NCBI GenBank assembly: GCA_049513695.1
Contig: JBEKVW010000001.1
Coordinates: 1-50,885 of the forward strand
DNA length: 50,885 nucleotides
Direction: 5' to 3'
DNA from: Dehalococcoidia bacterium
GTDB taxonomy: Bacteria; Chloroflexota; Dehalococcoidia; GIF9; UBA5629
The notes below the pieces were generated by a model, which saw only the letters and a program-made list of their open reading frames with translations, was not told where the DNA came from and ran no database searches. Made by a program: the position numbers and the translations under genes. Shown piece by piece: positions 8,873-18,616 of the stretch (positions within the stretch are counted from its first letter, which is position 1; every line of letters starts with the position of its first letter).

Positions 8873-8873
8873 G

Positions 8874-10274
8874 CTACTCTAACTCCTGCTCCTTTTTCTT
8901 TACGGTCTTTTCCAGGCCAAACCTGAGTGCCGCAGCGACATTATCGGCTTTGATAATCTCAATTCCGTCAATACCATGAAAAGCTTTCTTGAAGGTGCCG
9001 GGTATAATGCAGCGTGTGAAACCCAGCCTGGCAGCTTCAGATATACGTCTTTCGATCTGCGTAACCGACCTCAGCTCGCCACTTAGCCCTATTTCGCCAA
9101 CCGCCGCTGTGCCGGGAATAGACCTGGCATCTTTGAAGCTGGATGCAATGGCCAGGGCAATGCCCAGATCGGCAGCAGGCTCCGAAATTTTAAGGCCGCC
9201 GGTCACGTTTACGATCACATCCTGATTGTAAAGGCCCACGCCAGCGCGCCTGGTCAGAACGGCGGATATCATCAGCAGGCGGTTGAAATCCACCCCGTTG
9301 CATATTCGTCGGGGAGGGCCGTAAGCCGAAGGGCTGGTCAACGCCTGAATCTCCACCAGCAGCGGCCTGCTGCCTTCCAGTGTAGGGACAACAGCAGCGC
9401 CGATGGTGCCGTTCATATAGGATTCCAAGAAGAACTGCGACGGATTGGGCACTTCCATCAGCCCGGCGCCGCTCATCTCAAAAACGCCGACTTCATTGGT
9501 GGAACCGAAGCGGTTCTTGGCGCTCCTCAGTATACGATAGCTGCTGAAAGACTCGCCTTCGAGGTAAAGCACCACATCCACGATGTGCTCCAGTGCCTTG
9601 GGGCCGGCGATGGCGCCGTCCTTAGTCACATGGCCCGAGATAAAAACGGCCACGCCGGATTTTTTGGCCCATCTCAACAAACGCAGTGTACATTCACGAA
9701 TCTGGTTGATGCTACCGGGGGCTCCCGTGATGTCCTCCATATAGACCGTTTGAATGGAGTCGACTATAACAAGCTTGGGCTCGGCGGACTCCAGCCTGGC
9801 CATAACATTTTCCATATTGGTTTCGGGGTAGATAAAGAGCCCCGTCCCGTTGACATTCAACCGGTCGGCGCGCATCTTAAGCTGCTGCGAGGACTCCTCG
9901 CCCGAAATATAAACGACCTGTCCCCCTTTGGAGGCCACTGCATCGGAAACCTGGAGCAATAGTGTAGATTTCCCGATGCCCGGGTCGCCGCTTATGAGTA
10001 CGACCGATCCTGCTACCAGTCCACCTCCCAGTACGCGGTTCAATTCCTCAATGGGGAAGGCAATCCTGGCATAGGTGTCCCTCTGAACCTTGGCCAATTC
10101 GTGTAGGGGGCTGCCGGCATCAGCAGGTTTCCCGGCAGTATGTTTGGCGACGGACACAGTGCTCTCCACCAGGCAATTCCATTCCTGGCAACCGGGACAC
10201 CGCCCCTCCCATTTGGGACATTCCCTGCCGCAGTTCTGGCAAATATAAACGGTCTTTACTTTATGTTTTTCCAT
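8874..10274 (-). CDS. radA: DNA repair protein RadA/Sms
   Basis: 466 aa. N-terminal zinc finger CQNCGRECPKWEGRCPGCQEW, Walker A GDPGIGKST, the KNRFG motif and a Lon-like C-terminal domain. Confidence 0.95.
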   Translation of the reverse strand: MEKHKVKTVYICQNCGRECPKWEGRCPGCQEWNCLVESTVSVAKHTAGKPADAGSPLHELAKVQRDTYARIAFPIEELNRVLGGGLVAGSVVLISGDPGIGKSTLLLQVSDAVASKGGQVVYISGEESSQQLKMRADRLNVNGTGLFIYPETNMENVMARLESAEPKLVIVDSIQTVYMEDITGAPGSINQIRECTLRLLRWAKKSGVAVFISGHVTKDGAIAGPKALEHIVDVVLYLEGESFSSYRILRSAKNRFGSTNEVGVFEMSGAGLMEVPNPSQFFLESYMNGTIGAAVVPTLEGSRPLLVEIQALTSPSAYGPPRRICNGVDFNRLLMISAVLTRRAGVGLYNQDVIVNVTGGLKISEPAADLGIALAIASSFKDARSIPGTAAVGEIGLSGELRSVTQIERRISEAARLGFTRCIIPGTFKKAFHGIDGIEIIKADNVAAALRFGLEKTVKKKEQELE

Positions 10275-10354
10275 TTTTTATACAACGCTTACGGATATCA
10301 GTCAGCCAATAATAACAAAAACAGTCGCAATTTGCCTTGACGGTATATCAGAGT

Positions 10355-10399
10355 AAAAAATAAAGGGCGGGGCTGCAGCTTGTTAAACTGGCCCCGCCC
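10355..10399 (-). terminator. Rho-independent terminator downstream of clpC
   Basis: Minus strand reads GGGCGGGGC, a 17-nt loop, GCCCCGCCC, then TTTATTTTTT. Plus-strand stems are at 10365-10373 and 10391-10399. Confidence 0.75.
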
Positions 10400-10429
10400 C
10401 CTTCAATTCTAACCAGTGCCCGGATGTAT

Positions 10430-12949
10430 TTAAGGATTGCTGTCGCTGAGCAAATGGTTGCTTTCGCCGGGCAATAGCTTGCTCTCACCGCTCAGCAGGA
10501 CGGCTTTTTCAAGCTTATGAATAACTATCTGCGAGCCGTCATAGTCCACCAGCACTTTCGAGCCGGTCTCATATTCACCGCGCAGCACATTTTCGGAAAG
10601 CTTATCTTCCACTTCCTGCTGGATCACGCGGCGCAGCGGACGTGCGCCGTACTCGGGATCGTATCCCTTTTCCCCAAGAAAATCTCTGGCAGCTTCTGAG
10701 ACCTCCAGCGTGATCTTCTTCTCTGCCATAGAGGTGACGGCCTCACGCAGCATGAGGTCGACGATCTGGCGGATTTGATCCTTGCTGAGCGCATGAAACA
10801 CCACAGAAGCATCGATTCGGTTCAGGAACTCAGGCCTGAATTTATTCTTCATCTCTCGCATTACGATGTCTTTCATCTTGTCGTAGGCGCCCTGGCGGGT
10901 TTTTACTTCGTCAGCATTAACGTTAAAGCCCAGCCCTTTATTCTTCTTGATCTCATCGGCGCCCACGTTGGATGTCATAACCATGATAGTATTGCGGAAG
11001 TCGACCCTGCGGCCTTTGGCATCCGTAAGATGCCCGTCATCCATAATCTGGAGCAGGATGTCGAACACGTTCTTATGTGCCTTTTCAATCTCGTCCAGGA
11101 GAATTACACAATAAGGGGTGCGTCTGACGGCTTCGGTAAGCTGGCCTCCCTCTTCATAGCCGATGTATCCTGGAGGAGCTCCCACCAGCCGGGCGACATT
11201 GTGCTGTTCCATAAACTCGGACATATCCAGCCTGATCATGGCGTCTTCGCTCTTAAACATAAACTTGGCCAGAGCTTTCACCAGCGCAGTTTTGCCCACA
11301 CCGGTCGGGCCCAGGAAAATGAAGCTGCCGATGGGACGCCGGGCGTCCTTCAGGCCTGCCCTGGCACGGCGTACGGCCCTGGCAATGGTTATAATGGCTT
11401 CGTCCTGGCCGACGATATCTTCGTGTACCGCCTTCTCCATCTTGAGCAAGCGTTCCTTTTCATCCGTGGTAAGGCTGTCCTTGGGTATACCGGTCCACAT
11501 GCTGACAACCTCGGCGATATCCTCTTCAGTCACTATCGGGGTTTCCTTTTTTTGAGTATCCTGCCATTCCTGCTCCATGCTCTTGACCTTGTTCTGGAGC
11601 TGGACTTCCCGGTCGCGAAGCTCGGCAGCCATTTCATACTGTTGTGATGCGATGGCATTGTCTTTGTCGCGTCGCAAGTTCTCCAGCGCTTTCTGGGCTT
11701 CAGCGATGCTGATAGGGACAACCCCCTTCTTGATCCTGACGCGCGAGGACGCCTCGTCCATAATATCTATGGCCTTGTCCGGCAGGAACCTATCGGATAT
11801 GTAGCGTGCCGCCATGGAGGCCGCCGTCTGGAGGGCGTCATCGTTAATAATCAGCTTATGATAGTCCTCATAATGGTGCCTGATACCCTTCAAGATGGCT
11901 ACGGTCTGTTCAACCGTCGGTTCGGTTACCATCACGGGTTGAAAGCGCCTTTCCAGTCCGGCGTCTTTTTCAATATATTTGCGGTATTCATCGAGGGTGG
12001 TGGCGCCGATGAACTGTATCTCACCCCTGGACAGTGAAGGCTTCAAGATGTTGGAGGCATCCACCGCACCTTCGGCTGCACCTGCGCCGACTATGGTATG
12101 CAGTTCATCTATAAATACTATGCAGTTGCCTGCGCTTTTTATCTCGTCGATCACCTTCTTCAGCCGCTCTTCAAATTCCCCGCGGTATTTAGTGCCTGCC
12201 ACCAGCGATCCTATATCGAGGGTCACCAGCCTTTTGTTCCTGAGAGGCTCCGGTATATCCCCCGTCACGATCTGCTGGGCCAGCTTGGACACGATGGCTG
12301 ATTTGCCGACACCCGGCTCGCCTATTAAAGCGGGGTTATTTTTGGTGCGCCTGCTGAGGATCTGGATGATGCGCTCGCACTCCTTTTCCCTGCCGACGAT
12401 ATTATCCAGTTTGCCGTTGCGTGCCAGCCCGGTCAGATCAACACCCAGTTGATCGAGAATGGGCGTCCTGGCGCCTTCCTTGGTGACGGCCCTGGCCTGG
12501 CCGCTGCCGGTATTGAGAAGCTTGTTAACCTCGGTCATTACACGGTCGAGGGTCACTCCCAGGCTCTCCAGCACACCTGCCGCCGATCCCTCACGCTCCC
12601 TTAAAAGTCCCAAGAGCAGATGCTCTGTACCAATATAGCTGTGGTTTAAACGTCTGGCTTCATCTACAGCCAGTTCAATAACTTTCTTGGCCCTGGGTGT
12701 GAGCCCCACTTCGCTGGTATTAGGGCGGCCGCCGCGGCCAACTATGAACTCCACCGCCGACCTGACTTTGCTTACTGCCACTCCCAGGTTGGCTAGCACC
12801 TGACTTGCGACGCTGTCTTCTTCTGCGATGAGGCCGAGCAATATATGCTCGGTATCGATGTAATTGTGACCGAAATGCTGCGCCTCTTCCTGCGCACGAG
12901 TTAGCGCCCGGCGAGCACGCTCAGAAAACTTCTCAAATCTACTAGCCAT
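10430..12949 (-). CDS. clpC: ATP-dependent Clp protease ATP-binding subunit ClpC
   Basis: 839 aa. Duplicated Clp_N repeats, Walker A GEPGVGKSA and GPTGVGKTA, and a UVR-like linker (QQYEMAAELRDRE). The short repetitive C-terminal tail reads LLSGESKLLPGESNHLLSDS. Confidence 0.95.
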   Translation of the reverse strand: MASRFEKFSERARRALTRAQEEAQHFGHNYIDTEHILLGLIAEEDSVASQVLANLGVAVSKVRSAVEFIVGRGGRPNTSEVGLTPRAKKVIELAVDEARRLNHSYIGTEHLLLGLLREREGSAAGVLESLGVTLDRVMTEVNKLLNTGSGQARAVTKEGARTPILDQLGVDLTGLARNGKLDNIVGREKECERIIQILSRRTKNNPALIGEPGVGKSAIVSKLAQQIVTGDIPEPLRNKRLVTLDIGSLVAGTKYRGEFEERLKKVIDEIKSAGNCIVFIDELHTIVGAGAAEGAVDASNILKPSLSRGEIQFIGATTLDEYRKYIEKDAGLERRFQPVMVTEPTVEQTVAILKGIRHHYEDYHKLIINDDALQTAASMAARYISDRFLPDKAIDIMDEASSRVRIKKGVVPISIAEAQKALENLRRDKDNAIASQQYEMAAELRDREVQLQNKVKSMEQEWQDTQKKETPIVTEEDIAEVVSMWTGIPKDSLTTDEKERLLKMEKAVHEDIVGQDEAIITIARAVRRARAGLKDARRPIGSFIFLGPTGVGKTALVKALAKFMFKSEDAMIRLDMSEFMEQHNVARLVGAPPGYIGYEEGGQLTEAVRRTPYCVILLDEIEKAHKNVFDILLQIMDDGHLTDAKGRRVDFRNTIMVMTSNVGADEIKKNKGLGFNVNADEVKTRQGAYDKMKDIVMREMKNKFRPEFLNRIDASVVFHALSKDQIRQIVDLMLREAVTSMAEKKITLEVSEAARDFLGEKGYDPEYGARPLRRVIQQEVEDKLSENVLRGEYETGSKVLVDYDGSQIVIHKLEKAVLLSGESKLLPGESNHLLSDSNP

Positions 12950-13004
12950 AGTAACCTCGAAAAAGTGTAATCAGATTGGTCTGCGGATTCACTCTTTCAT
13001 ATGA

Positions 13005-13033
13005 ATTATATGTTTAACCATACTTGAAGTCAA
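13005..13033 (-). promoter_or_regulatory. Predicted sigma70 promoter of clpC
   Basis: Minus strand reads TTGACT (13033-13028), a 17-nt spacer, then TATAAT (13010-13005). This is about 55 nt upstream of the ATG at 12949. It is bracketed by a 9-bp inverted repeat (see findings). Confidence 0.6.
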
Positions 13034-13094
13034 AGAGTGACAGCTTCAAACAGAATCAAGGACGGGGATATGTCGGAAAAAGGGTATAAAAAAA

Positions 13095-13217
13095 GCCTCT
13101 GGCAGTGGCATATTTTCCCAAGGAATCCCTCCCTCAGTATCGTCTGCGCTGAAGCGTTTCACTTCCGTGTTCGGGATGGGAACGGGTGGTGCCGCCTCGC
13201 TCTAACCACCAGAGGAC
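13095..13217 (-). rRNA. rrf: 5S ribosomal RNA
   Basis: Minus strand reads GTCCTCTGGTGG...CACCACCCGTTCCCATCCCGAACACGGAAGTGAAACGCTTCAGCGCAGACGATACTGAGGGA...CCACTGCCAGAGGC. This matches the universally conserved 5S core (CCGAAC.C.GAAGTGAAACG). The terminal helix I pairs CCUCUGGUGG with CCACUGCCAGAGG. Ends are uncertain by a few nt. Confidence 0.93.
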
Positions 13218-13228
13218 TAATGGAATAT

Positions 13229-13257
13229 AGTTTATAATAAGATTTACGCTCTGTCAA
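13229..13257 (-). promoter_or_regulatory. Candidate dedicated promoter for the 5S rRNA gene
   Basis: Minus strand has TTGACA (13257-13252) followed by either a 15-nt spacer plus TATAAA or a 17-nt spacer plus TAAACT. It ends about 12 nt before the mature 5S 5' end. Confidence 0.4.
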
Positions 13258-13291
13258 ATAGGAAACAAGCGATATTTACGGTCGCCCGAAC

Positions 13292-14341
13292 TCATTGCCA
13301 GAGGCTGCCCTGCGGGGTCGCACCTTTCTTATAGGCTATGCCAAGGTGCTCATAGGCCAGGCGTGTGGCCATACGCCCCCTGGGGGTCCTTTCCAGGAAC
13401 CCCAGTTGCAGCAGGTAGGGTTCATAGACACCTTCGATTGTATCGGCCTCTTCGCTGATGGACGCGGCTATGGTGTCCAGGCCAACCGGGCCGCCGTCGA
13501 ATTTCTCGATGATCGTTCGGAGTACCTTGCGGTCGATCTCATCCAACCCCAGCTTGTCCACTTCCAGCTTGCCCATAGCTTCGAGCGTTACCTTGCTGTC
13601 TACTACCCCGTTGGCCTTGACCTGCGCATAGTCACGGATTCGTTTCAACAGTCGGTTGGCCACGCGGGGCGTGCCCCTGGCCCGGCAGGCGATAAGATCG
13701 ATGCTGTCCTTATCGATCTTCAATTTAAGTATCTCAGCTGAGCGCTTGATAATGGCGGCAATAGATTCAACGTCATAAAAATCCAGGCGGTGCACGGAGC
13801 CGAAGCGGTCCCTCAGGGGAGAGCTCATGGCTGCATAGCGTGTAGTAGCACCTATAAGGGTAAAGCGGGGCAGATTTAAACGCAGGCTCCTGGCGCCGGG
13901 ACCTTTGCCGAGGATGATGTCCAGAGCATAATCTTCCATGGCCGGGTAGAGTATCTCCTCTACGATCCTGCTCAAGCGGTGGACCTCGTCGATGAAAAGG
14001 ACGTCGCCTTTTTGCAGGTTAGTGAGAATGGCCGCCAGATCACCCGGACGCTCGATGGCAGGACCGGAGCTCACCTTGATATTGACGCCCATCTCGCCGG
14101 CGATGATGAAGGCTAAAGTCGTTTTCCCCAGGCCGGGCGGTCCATAAAGCAGAATGTGGTCGATGGCTTCGCCGCGCTTCTGAGCAGCCTTGATGCCGAT
14201 CTCAAGGTTATCCTTGACCTTCTGCTGACCGATAAAATCGGACAGCTTTCTGGGCCTGAGGTTGGCATCCAGCGAATTGTCTTCCGGGCTCAGCTTGCCT
14301 GAGACTATCCTTGATGATTCCTCTTCCTGCATTTCAGCCAT
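13292..14341 (-). CDS. ruvB: Holliday junction branch migration DNA helicase RuvB
   Basis: 349 aa. [12 protein letters not shown], Walker [21 protein letters not shown] and RTPRGR. No ruvA is adjacent. Confidence 0.95.
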   Translation of the reverse strand: MAEMQEEESSRIVSGKLSPEDNSLDANLRPRKLSDFIGQQKVKDNLEIGIKAAQKRGEAIDHILLYGPPGLGKTTLAFIIAGEMGVNIKVSSGPAIERPGDLAAILTNLQKGDVLFIDEVHRLSRIVEEILYPAMEDYALDIILGKGPGARSLRLNLPRFTLIGATTRYAAMSSPLRDRFGSVHRLDFYDVESIAAIIKRSAEILKLKIDKDSIDLIACRARGTPRVANRLLKRIRDYAQVKANGVVDSKVTLEAMGKLEVDKLGLDEIDRKVLRTIIEKFDGGPVGLDTIAASISEEADTIEGVYEPYLLQLGFLERTPRGRMATRLAYEHLGIAYKKGATPQGSLWQ

Positions 14342-14405
14342 ATCTAATCAGGGGTTAGTAGAATTATATCACAGGGATTTTAACACAGATGAAGCAATCG
14401 GATTA

Positions 14406-14438
14406 CAAAATGAAAGGTCCCCACCTCAGCGGGGACCT
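14406..14438 (-). terminator. Rho-independent terminator downstream of rpoC
   Basis: Minus strand reads AGGTCCCC, an 8-nt loop, GGGGACCT, then TTCATTTTG. Plus-strand stems are at 14415-14422 and 14431-14438. Confidence 0.7.
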
Positions 14439-14467
14439 AAATCGTTGTGCGTTATTGTCGATCAGCG

Positions 14468-17400
14468 CTACTCTTGTTCGCCGCTGGTATCAGGGGGGGC
14501 ATCTTCAACGGCAACCGGGCTCTCGATAACTTCAAGCAGGTTCTCCACCGGCTCCGAAAAGCCGATGGGGCCGTCATCCAGCAATAAATTGGACGGTTTA
14601 CCCAATCTCTGCGTAAGTGTAATAGTAGAAGGTATCAGCTTGCCGATAATCACGTTCTCTTTGAGACCATGCAGCCTGTCTGTCTTGCCCCAAATGGCCG
14701 CTTCGGCCAACACCCTGGTGGTTTCCTGGAAGGAAGCTGCAGCCAGCCAGCTATCGGTATTGAGCGAAGCGCGGGTGATGCCCAGCAGTACGGGACGCGC
14801 CACCGCCTGGTCGCCTCCCTCAGCTTCCATCTTGGCATTGATGTTCTCAAAGTCGAGCCTGTCGACCAGGTCGCCGATCAGCAGGTCGGTATCGCCCGAG
14901 AACTCCACCCTCACACGGCGCAGCATCTGCCTGACGATGGTCTCAATATGCTTGTCGTTGATACTCACGCCCTGCGAGCGGTAAACCTTCTGTACCTCGT
15001 CGATCAGATAGCGCTGCACATCGTTGCGCCCGTTGATATGCAGGATATCCTGCGGGTCTTTTACGCCTTCAACCAGCTTGTCCCCGGCCCTTACATAGTC
15101 TCCCTGCCTGACCAGAACATGACTGGTAACCGGCACTTCATATTTGCGCTCGTCTTTATCTTCGTAGGTTATGATGACCTTACCTGATTCCACCCTGACC
15201 ATACCGTCGACACGTGCGACCAGCGGGTGGCTTTCCACGTCGTCGCCTTTAACCAGGGCCTTGCCCGGCTGGGCAAGGACATCCCCACGCCTGACGGGCG
15301 CATTATTCTCTGTGACTACTTTATATCCGGGAGGAATCTCGTGCTCAATAGGATAAGCTTCAACATGGGTGATGGTTATCTCACGGCGCTGCAAACTGCC
15401 GTCTTCGACCACCTCGTTCATATTTACCGTTCCGTCGATCTCGGTCAAGACGGCCTTGCCCTTAGGCACCCTTGCTTCGAAAAGCTCCTCTACGCGGGGT
15501 AGACCCGTAGTGATATCTGCACCCACCACACCACCAGTGTGGAACGTGCGCAGCGTCAGCTGAGTACCGGGTTCGCCGATGCTCTGGGCTGCGATAATAC
15601 CTACAGCGGTGCCGATCTTGACCATTTCCGTCGATGAAAGGTCACGCCCATAGCAATGCCGGCAGACACCCCTCTTGGAATTGCAAATCAGCGGCGACCT
15701 GACATTTACGGACTTGAGCTGCGCCTGAAGGATCAGCTTAACTTTTTCCTCGTCGATCGTCTCGTTGCGGGCGACGATGATCTCACCCGTCTGAGGATCA
15801 ACTATATCTTTGGCCGCCAGGCGACCCTTCATACGTTCATCAAAAGCCGGCAGCAAGCCTTTTTCTTTTTCATTTATTATGGCCGAGAATTCAAGGCCGT
15901 CACCGGAATAGCCACAATCCTCTTCCAAAACAATCAGTTCCTGGGCTACGTCGATCAGGCGCCTGGTAAGGTACCCTGCATCGGAGGTCCTAAGGGCCGT
16001 ATCGGCCAGACCTTTGCGTGCCCCATGGGTCGACATGAAATATTCCATGACCGAGAGGCCTTCACGGAAACTTGCCTTGATGGGGAACGGTATGATACGC
16101 CCCGAAGGATCAGTCATCAGGCCGCGCATGCCGGCCATCTGCCTTATCTGGGAAATATTACCTTTGGCGCCCGAAAAAGCCATCATGTAAACGCCGCCGT
16201 ATCTGTCCAGCGATCTCTTTATCTCGTTTTCAATGTCGTTGGTTGCCTTGGTCCAGACATCTATGGCCTGCGTTTCGTACTCTTCGTCAGTGATCAGGCC
16301 TCTGTTAAACTGGTTCTGCAGTATGGCGATATCCTCGTCGCCCTTGGCAATGAGCTTAGGCTTGGTCTTGGGCACTTCGATATCCCTGGCCGAGATGGTG
16401 GTACCCGATTTTGTAGTATATTCGAAGCCGACGCGTTTAAGCTCGTCGAGCATACGTACGGTCTTTTCGCGGCCGCACCAGCGGAAGCATTCGGATACCA
16501 GCCTGCGCAGGTCGCCTTTGCTGGTGGCAAAGTTGCAGAATCCACCATAAGGCTCGTGCTGGCGTAAATCGCTGGGTATAATCCTGTTGAAAATTACGCG
16601 GCCGACGCTGGTCTTTATCATCCGGCTCTCCGGACCAGCCATTCGTAATTCCTCCTCCTGTTCGACAGTTTCCGGTGTTTCTGTTATTTCCAGGATGGCC
16701 GGAGTTTCAGCATCTTCCGCAGTTTCGGTAATTTCTTCCGTCACCGGCTGCTCTTCTTTTACTTCAGTACCCTTGATGCGTACCACAATCTCTTCATGTA
16801 ACGAAGGGTACGAACTGTCGCCGGTGATATTGAACATTTCATAAGCAAGGATAGCTTCGGCGGGACTACCAAACATCTTGGGAGTCCCGTCTGTAATGGG
16901 CTTCATGTTGGTCAGGTAATAACAGCCCAGTACCATATCCAGGGTGGGAGTCATGACCGGCTCCCCGGAGCTCGGCAACAGCATATTATGCACGCTGAGC
17001 ATCTGCTCCCGTGCTTCACGTACAGCCGATCGGGAAAGCGGTACATGGACGGCCATCTGGTCGCCGTCGAAGTCGGCATTAAATGCCGAGCAGACCAGCG
17101 GGTGAAGCTGTATGGCGCTGCCCTCGATAAGTATCGGCTCAAAGGCCTGGATACTGAGCCTGTGAAGCGTTGGGGCGCGGTTCAGCATAACGGGGCGCTC
17201 TTTGATTACTTCAGCCAAGATATCCCACACCTCAGCCCTGGCACGTTCTACCTGCCTGCGGGCGCTTTTTATATTGTGGGCAAAGCCTTGCTCTATCAGC
17301 CGCCGCATAACGAAGGGCTTGAACAACTCCAGCGCCATATGCTTGGGCAGACCGCACTGATGCAATTTCAATTCTGGACCAACAACAATGACCGAACGTC

Positions 17401-18607
17401 CGCTGTAGTCCACGCGCTTACCCAGCAGATTCTGACGGAAGCGGCCCTGCTTGCCACGCAACATATCAGATAACGATTTGAGCTTGTGCGTGCTGGCAGC
17501 ACTCGGCAGCCTGCCCCTCCTGCCGTTATCGATCAGGGCATCAACAGCTTCCTGGAGCATTCTTTTCTCGTTACGAACAATAATTTCGGGCGCTCCCAGT
17601 TCCATCAATTTCTTTAAGCGGTTATTGCGATTGATAACCCTACGGTAAAGATCGTTAAGGTCACTGGTGGCAAACCTTCCACCGTCAAGCTGAACGATAG
17701 GACGCAGCTCCGGCGGCAAGACCGGCAGAACTGTGAACACCATCCACTCGGGCTTGTTGCCGCTGCGCCAGAACGCCTCTACGATGCGCAGCCGCTTGCT
17801 TAATTTCTTATGCTTCTGGCCTTCGCTGGACCTGATGTCTTTTACCAGCCTCTGCCTTAATTCATCCAAGTTCATGGACTTAAGGATATTCAGTACAGCT
17901 TCCGCACCCATCCCTACCTCAAAAGCATCGCCGTACTTTTCCTTATAATGCTGATACTCGCTCTCACTCAGGACTTGCAGCGGCAGCTTGGCGATTTCGG
18001 AAAGGTCGACTTTGTTATCGCTTTCAAGATCAGCCAGTTTCTCTTCCAAATCACTCTTTTTGTCGGCGTTTTTCTCTGAATCGGCTTTACCGGTTGGGGC
18101 TTCGGCCTCCACCTCGCCCAGTGCCTTCAAAAGGTCCTGTTTTTTGCTGGTCTGGTACTCCTCCAGCCTCTGCTTGCAGGCTTCAGCATTGACGGAAACT
18201 ATCACGTATTGTGCAAAATAGAGCACCCGTTCCAGGTTGCGCGGGGAAATATCCAGCAGCAGAGCCAACCTGCTGGGAACACCTTTGGCAAACCATATAT
18301 GTGCCACCGGCGCCGCCAGAGTAATGTGCCCCATGCGCTCACGGCGGACCTTGGAATGCTCCACCGTGACGCCGCATCTTTCGCAGGTCACGCCGCGATA
18401 ACGGATCTTCTTATACTTACCGCAATAGCATTCGTAGTTTTTAACCGGTCCAAATATTCTTTCGCAGAACAGGCCGTCTTTCTCCGGCTTAAGGGTCCTG
18501 TAGTTAATGGTCTCCGGCTCAGTTACTTCACCATAAGACCATTCCTCAATCTGTGTGGGCGATGCCAGCGATATGCGGATTGCATTAAAATCGTTTATTT
18601 CAAACAC
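14468..18607 (-). CDS. rpoC: DNA-directed RNA polymerase subunit beta-prime
   Basis: 1379 aa. Zinc motif [20 protein letters not shown] and catalytic NADFDGDQM. Conserved throughout. Confidence 0.98.
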   Translation of the reverse strand: MFEINDFNAIRISLASPTQIEEWSYGEVTEPETINYRTLKPEKDGLFCERIFGPVKNYECYCGKYKKIRYRGVTCERCGVTVEHSKVRRERMGHITLAAPVAHIWFAKGVPSRLALLLDISPRNLERVLYFAQYVIVSVNAEACKQRLEEYQTSKKQDLLKALGEVEAEAPTGKADSEKNADKKSDLEEKLADLESDNKVDLSEIAKLPLQVLSESEYQHYKEKYGDAFEVGMGAEAVLNILKSMNLDELRQRLVKDIRSSEGQKHKKLSKRLRIVEAFWRSGNKPEWMVFTVLPVLPPELRPIVQLDGGRFATSDLNDLYRRVINRNNRLKKLMELGAPEIIVRNEKRMLQEAVDALIDNGRRGRLPSAASTHKLKSLSDMLRGKQGRFRQNLLGKRVDYSGRSVIVVGPELKLHQCGLPKHMALELFKPFVMRRLIEQGFAHNIKSARRQVERARAEVWDILAEVIKERPVMLNRAPTLHRLSIQAFEPILIEGSAIQLHPLVCSAFNADFDGDQMAVHVPLSRSAVREAREQMLSVHNMLLPSSGEPVMTPTLDMVLGCYYLTNMKPITDGTPKMFGSPAEAILAYEMFNITGDSSYPSLHEEIVVRIKGTEVKEEQPVTEEITETAEDAETPAILEITETPETVEQEEELRMAGPESRMIKTSVGRVIFNRIIPSDLRQHEPYGGFCNFATSKGDLRRLVSECFRWCGREKTVRMLDELKRVGFEYTTKSGTTISARDIEVPKTKPKLIAKGDEDIAILQNQFNRGLITDEEYETQAIDVWTKATNDIENEIKRSLDRYGGVYMMAFSGAKGNISQIRQMAGMRGLMTDPSGRIIPFPIKASFREGLSVMEYFMSTHGARKGLADTALRTSDAGYLTRRLIDVAQELIVLEEDCGYSGDGLEFSAIINEKEKGLLPAFDERMKGRLAAKDIVDPQTGEIIVARNETIDEEKVKLILQAQLKSVNVRSPLICNSKRGVCRHCYGRDLSSTEMVKIGTAVGIIAAQSIGEPGTQLTLRTFHTGGVVGADITTGLPRVEELFEARVPKGKAVLTEIDGTVNMNEVVEDGSLQRREITITHVEAYPIEHEIPPGYKVVTENNAPVRRGDVLAQPGKALVKGDDVESHPLVARVDGMVRVESGKVIITYEDKDERKYEVPVTSHVLVRQGDYVRAGDKLVEGVKDPQDILHINGRNDVQRYLIDEVQKVYRSQGVSINDKHIETIVRQMLRRVRVEFSGDTDLLIGDLVDRLDFENINAKMEAEGGDQAVARPVLLGITRASLNTDSWLAAASFQETTRVLAEAAIWGKTDRLHGLKENVIIGKLIPSTITLTQRLGKPSNLLLDDGPIGFSEPVENLLEVIESPVAVEDAPPDTSGEQE

Positions 18608-18616
18608 TTTTTACCC

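Noticed and set aside
12950-13094. A CtsR operator (tandem A/GGTCAAA heptads) or CIRCE element upstream of clpC.
   Set aside because: Only one AGTCAAA heptad is present and there is no TTAGCACTC-N9-GAGTGCTAA. No ctsR, mcsA or mcsB is present either. It is reported instead as an uncharacterised inverted repeat.
13037-13237. A 66-aa plus-strand ORF.
   Set aside because: It overlaps the 5S rRNA gene on the opposite strand, so it is a spurious translation of rDNA.
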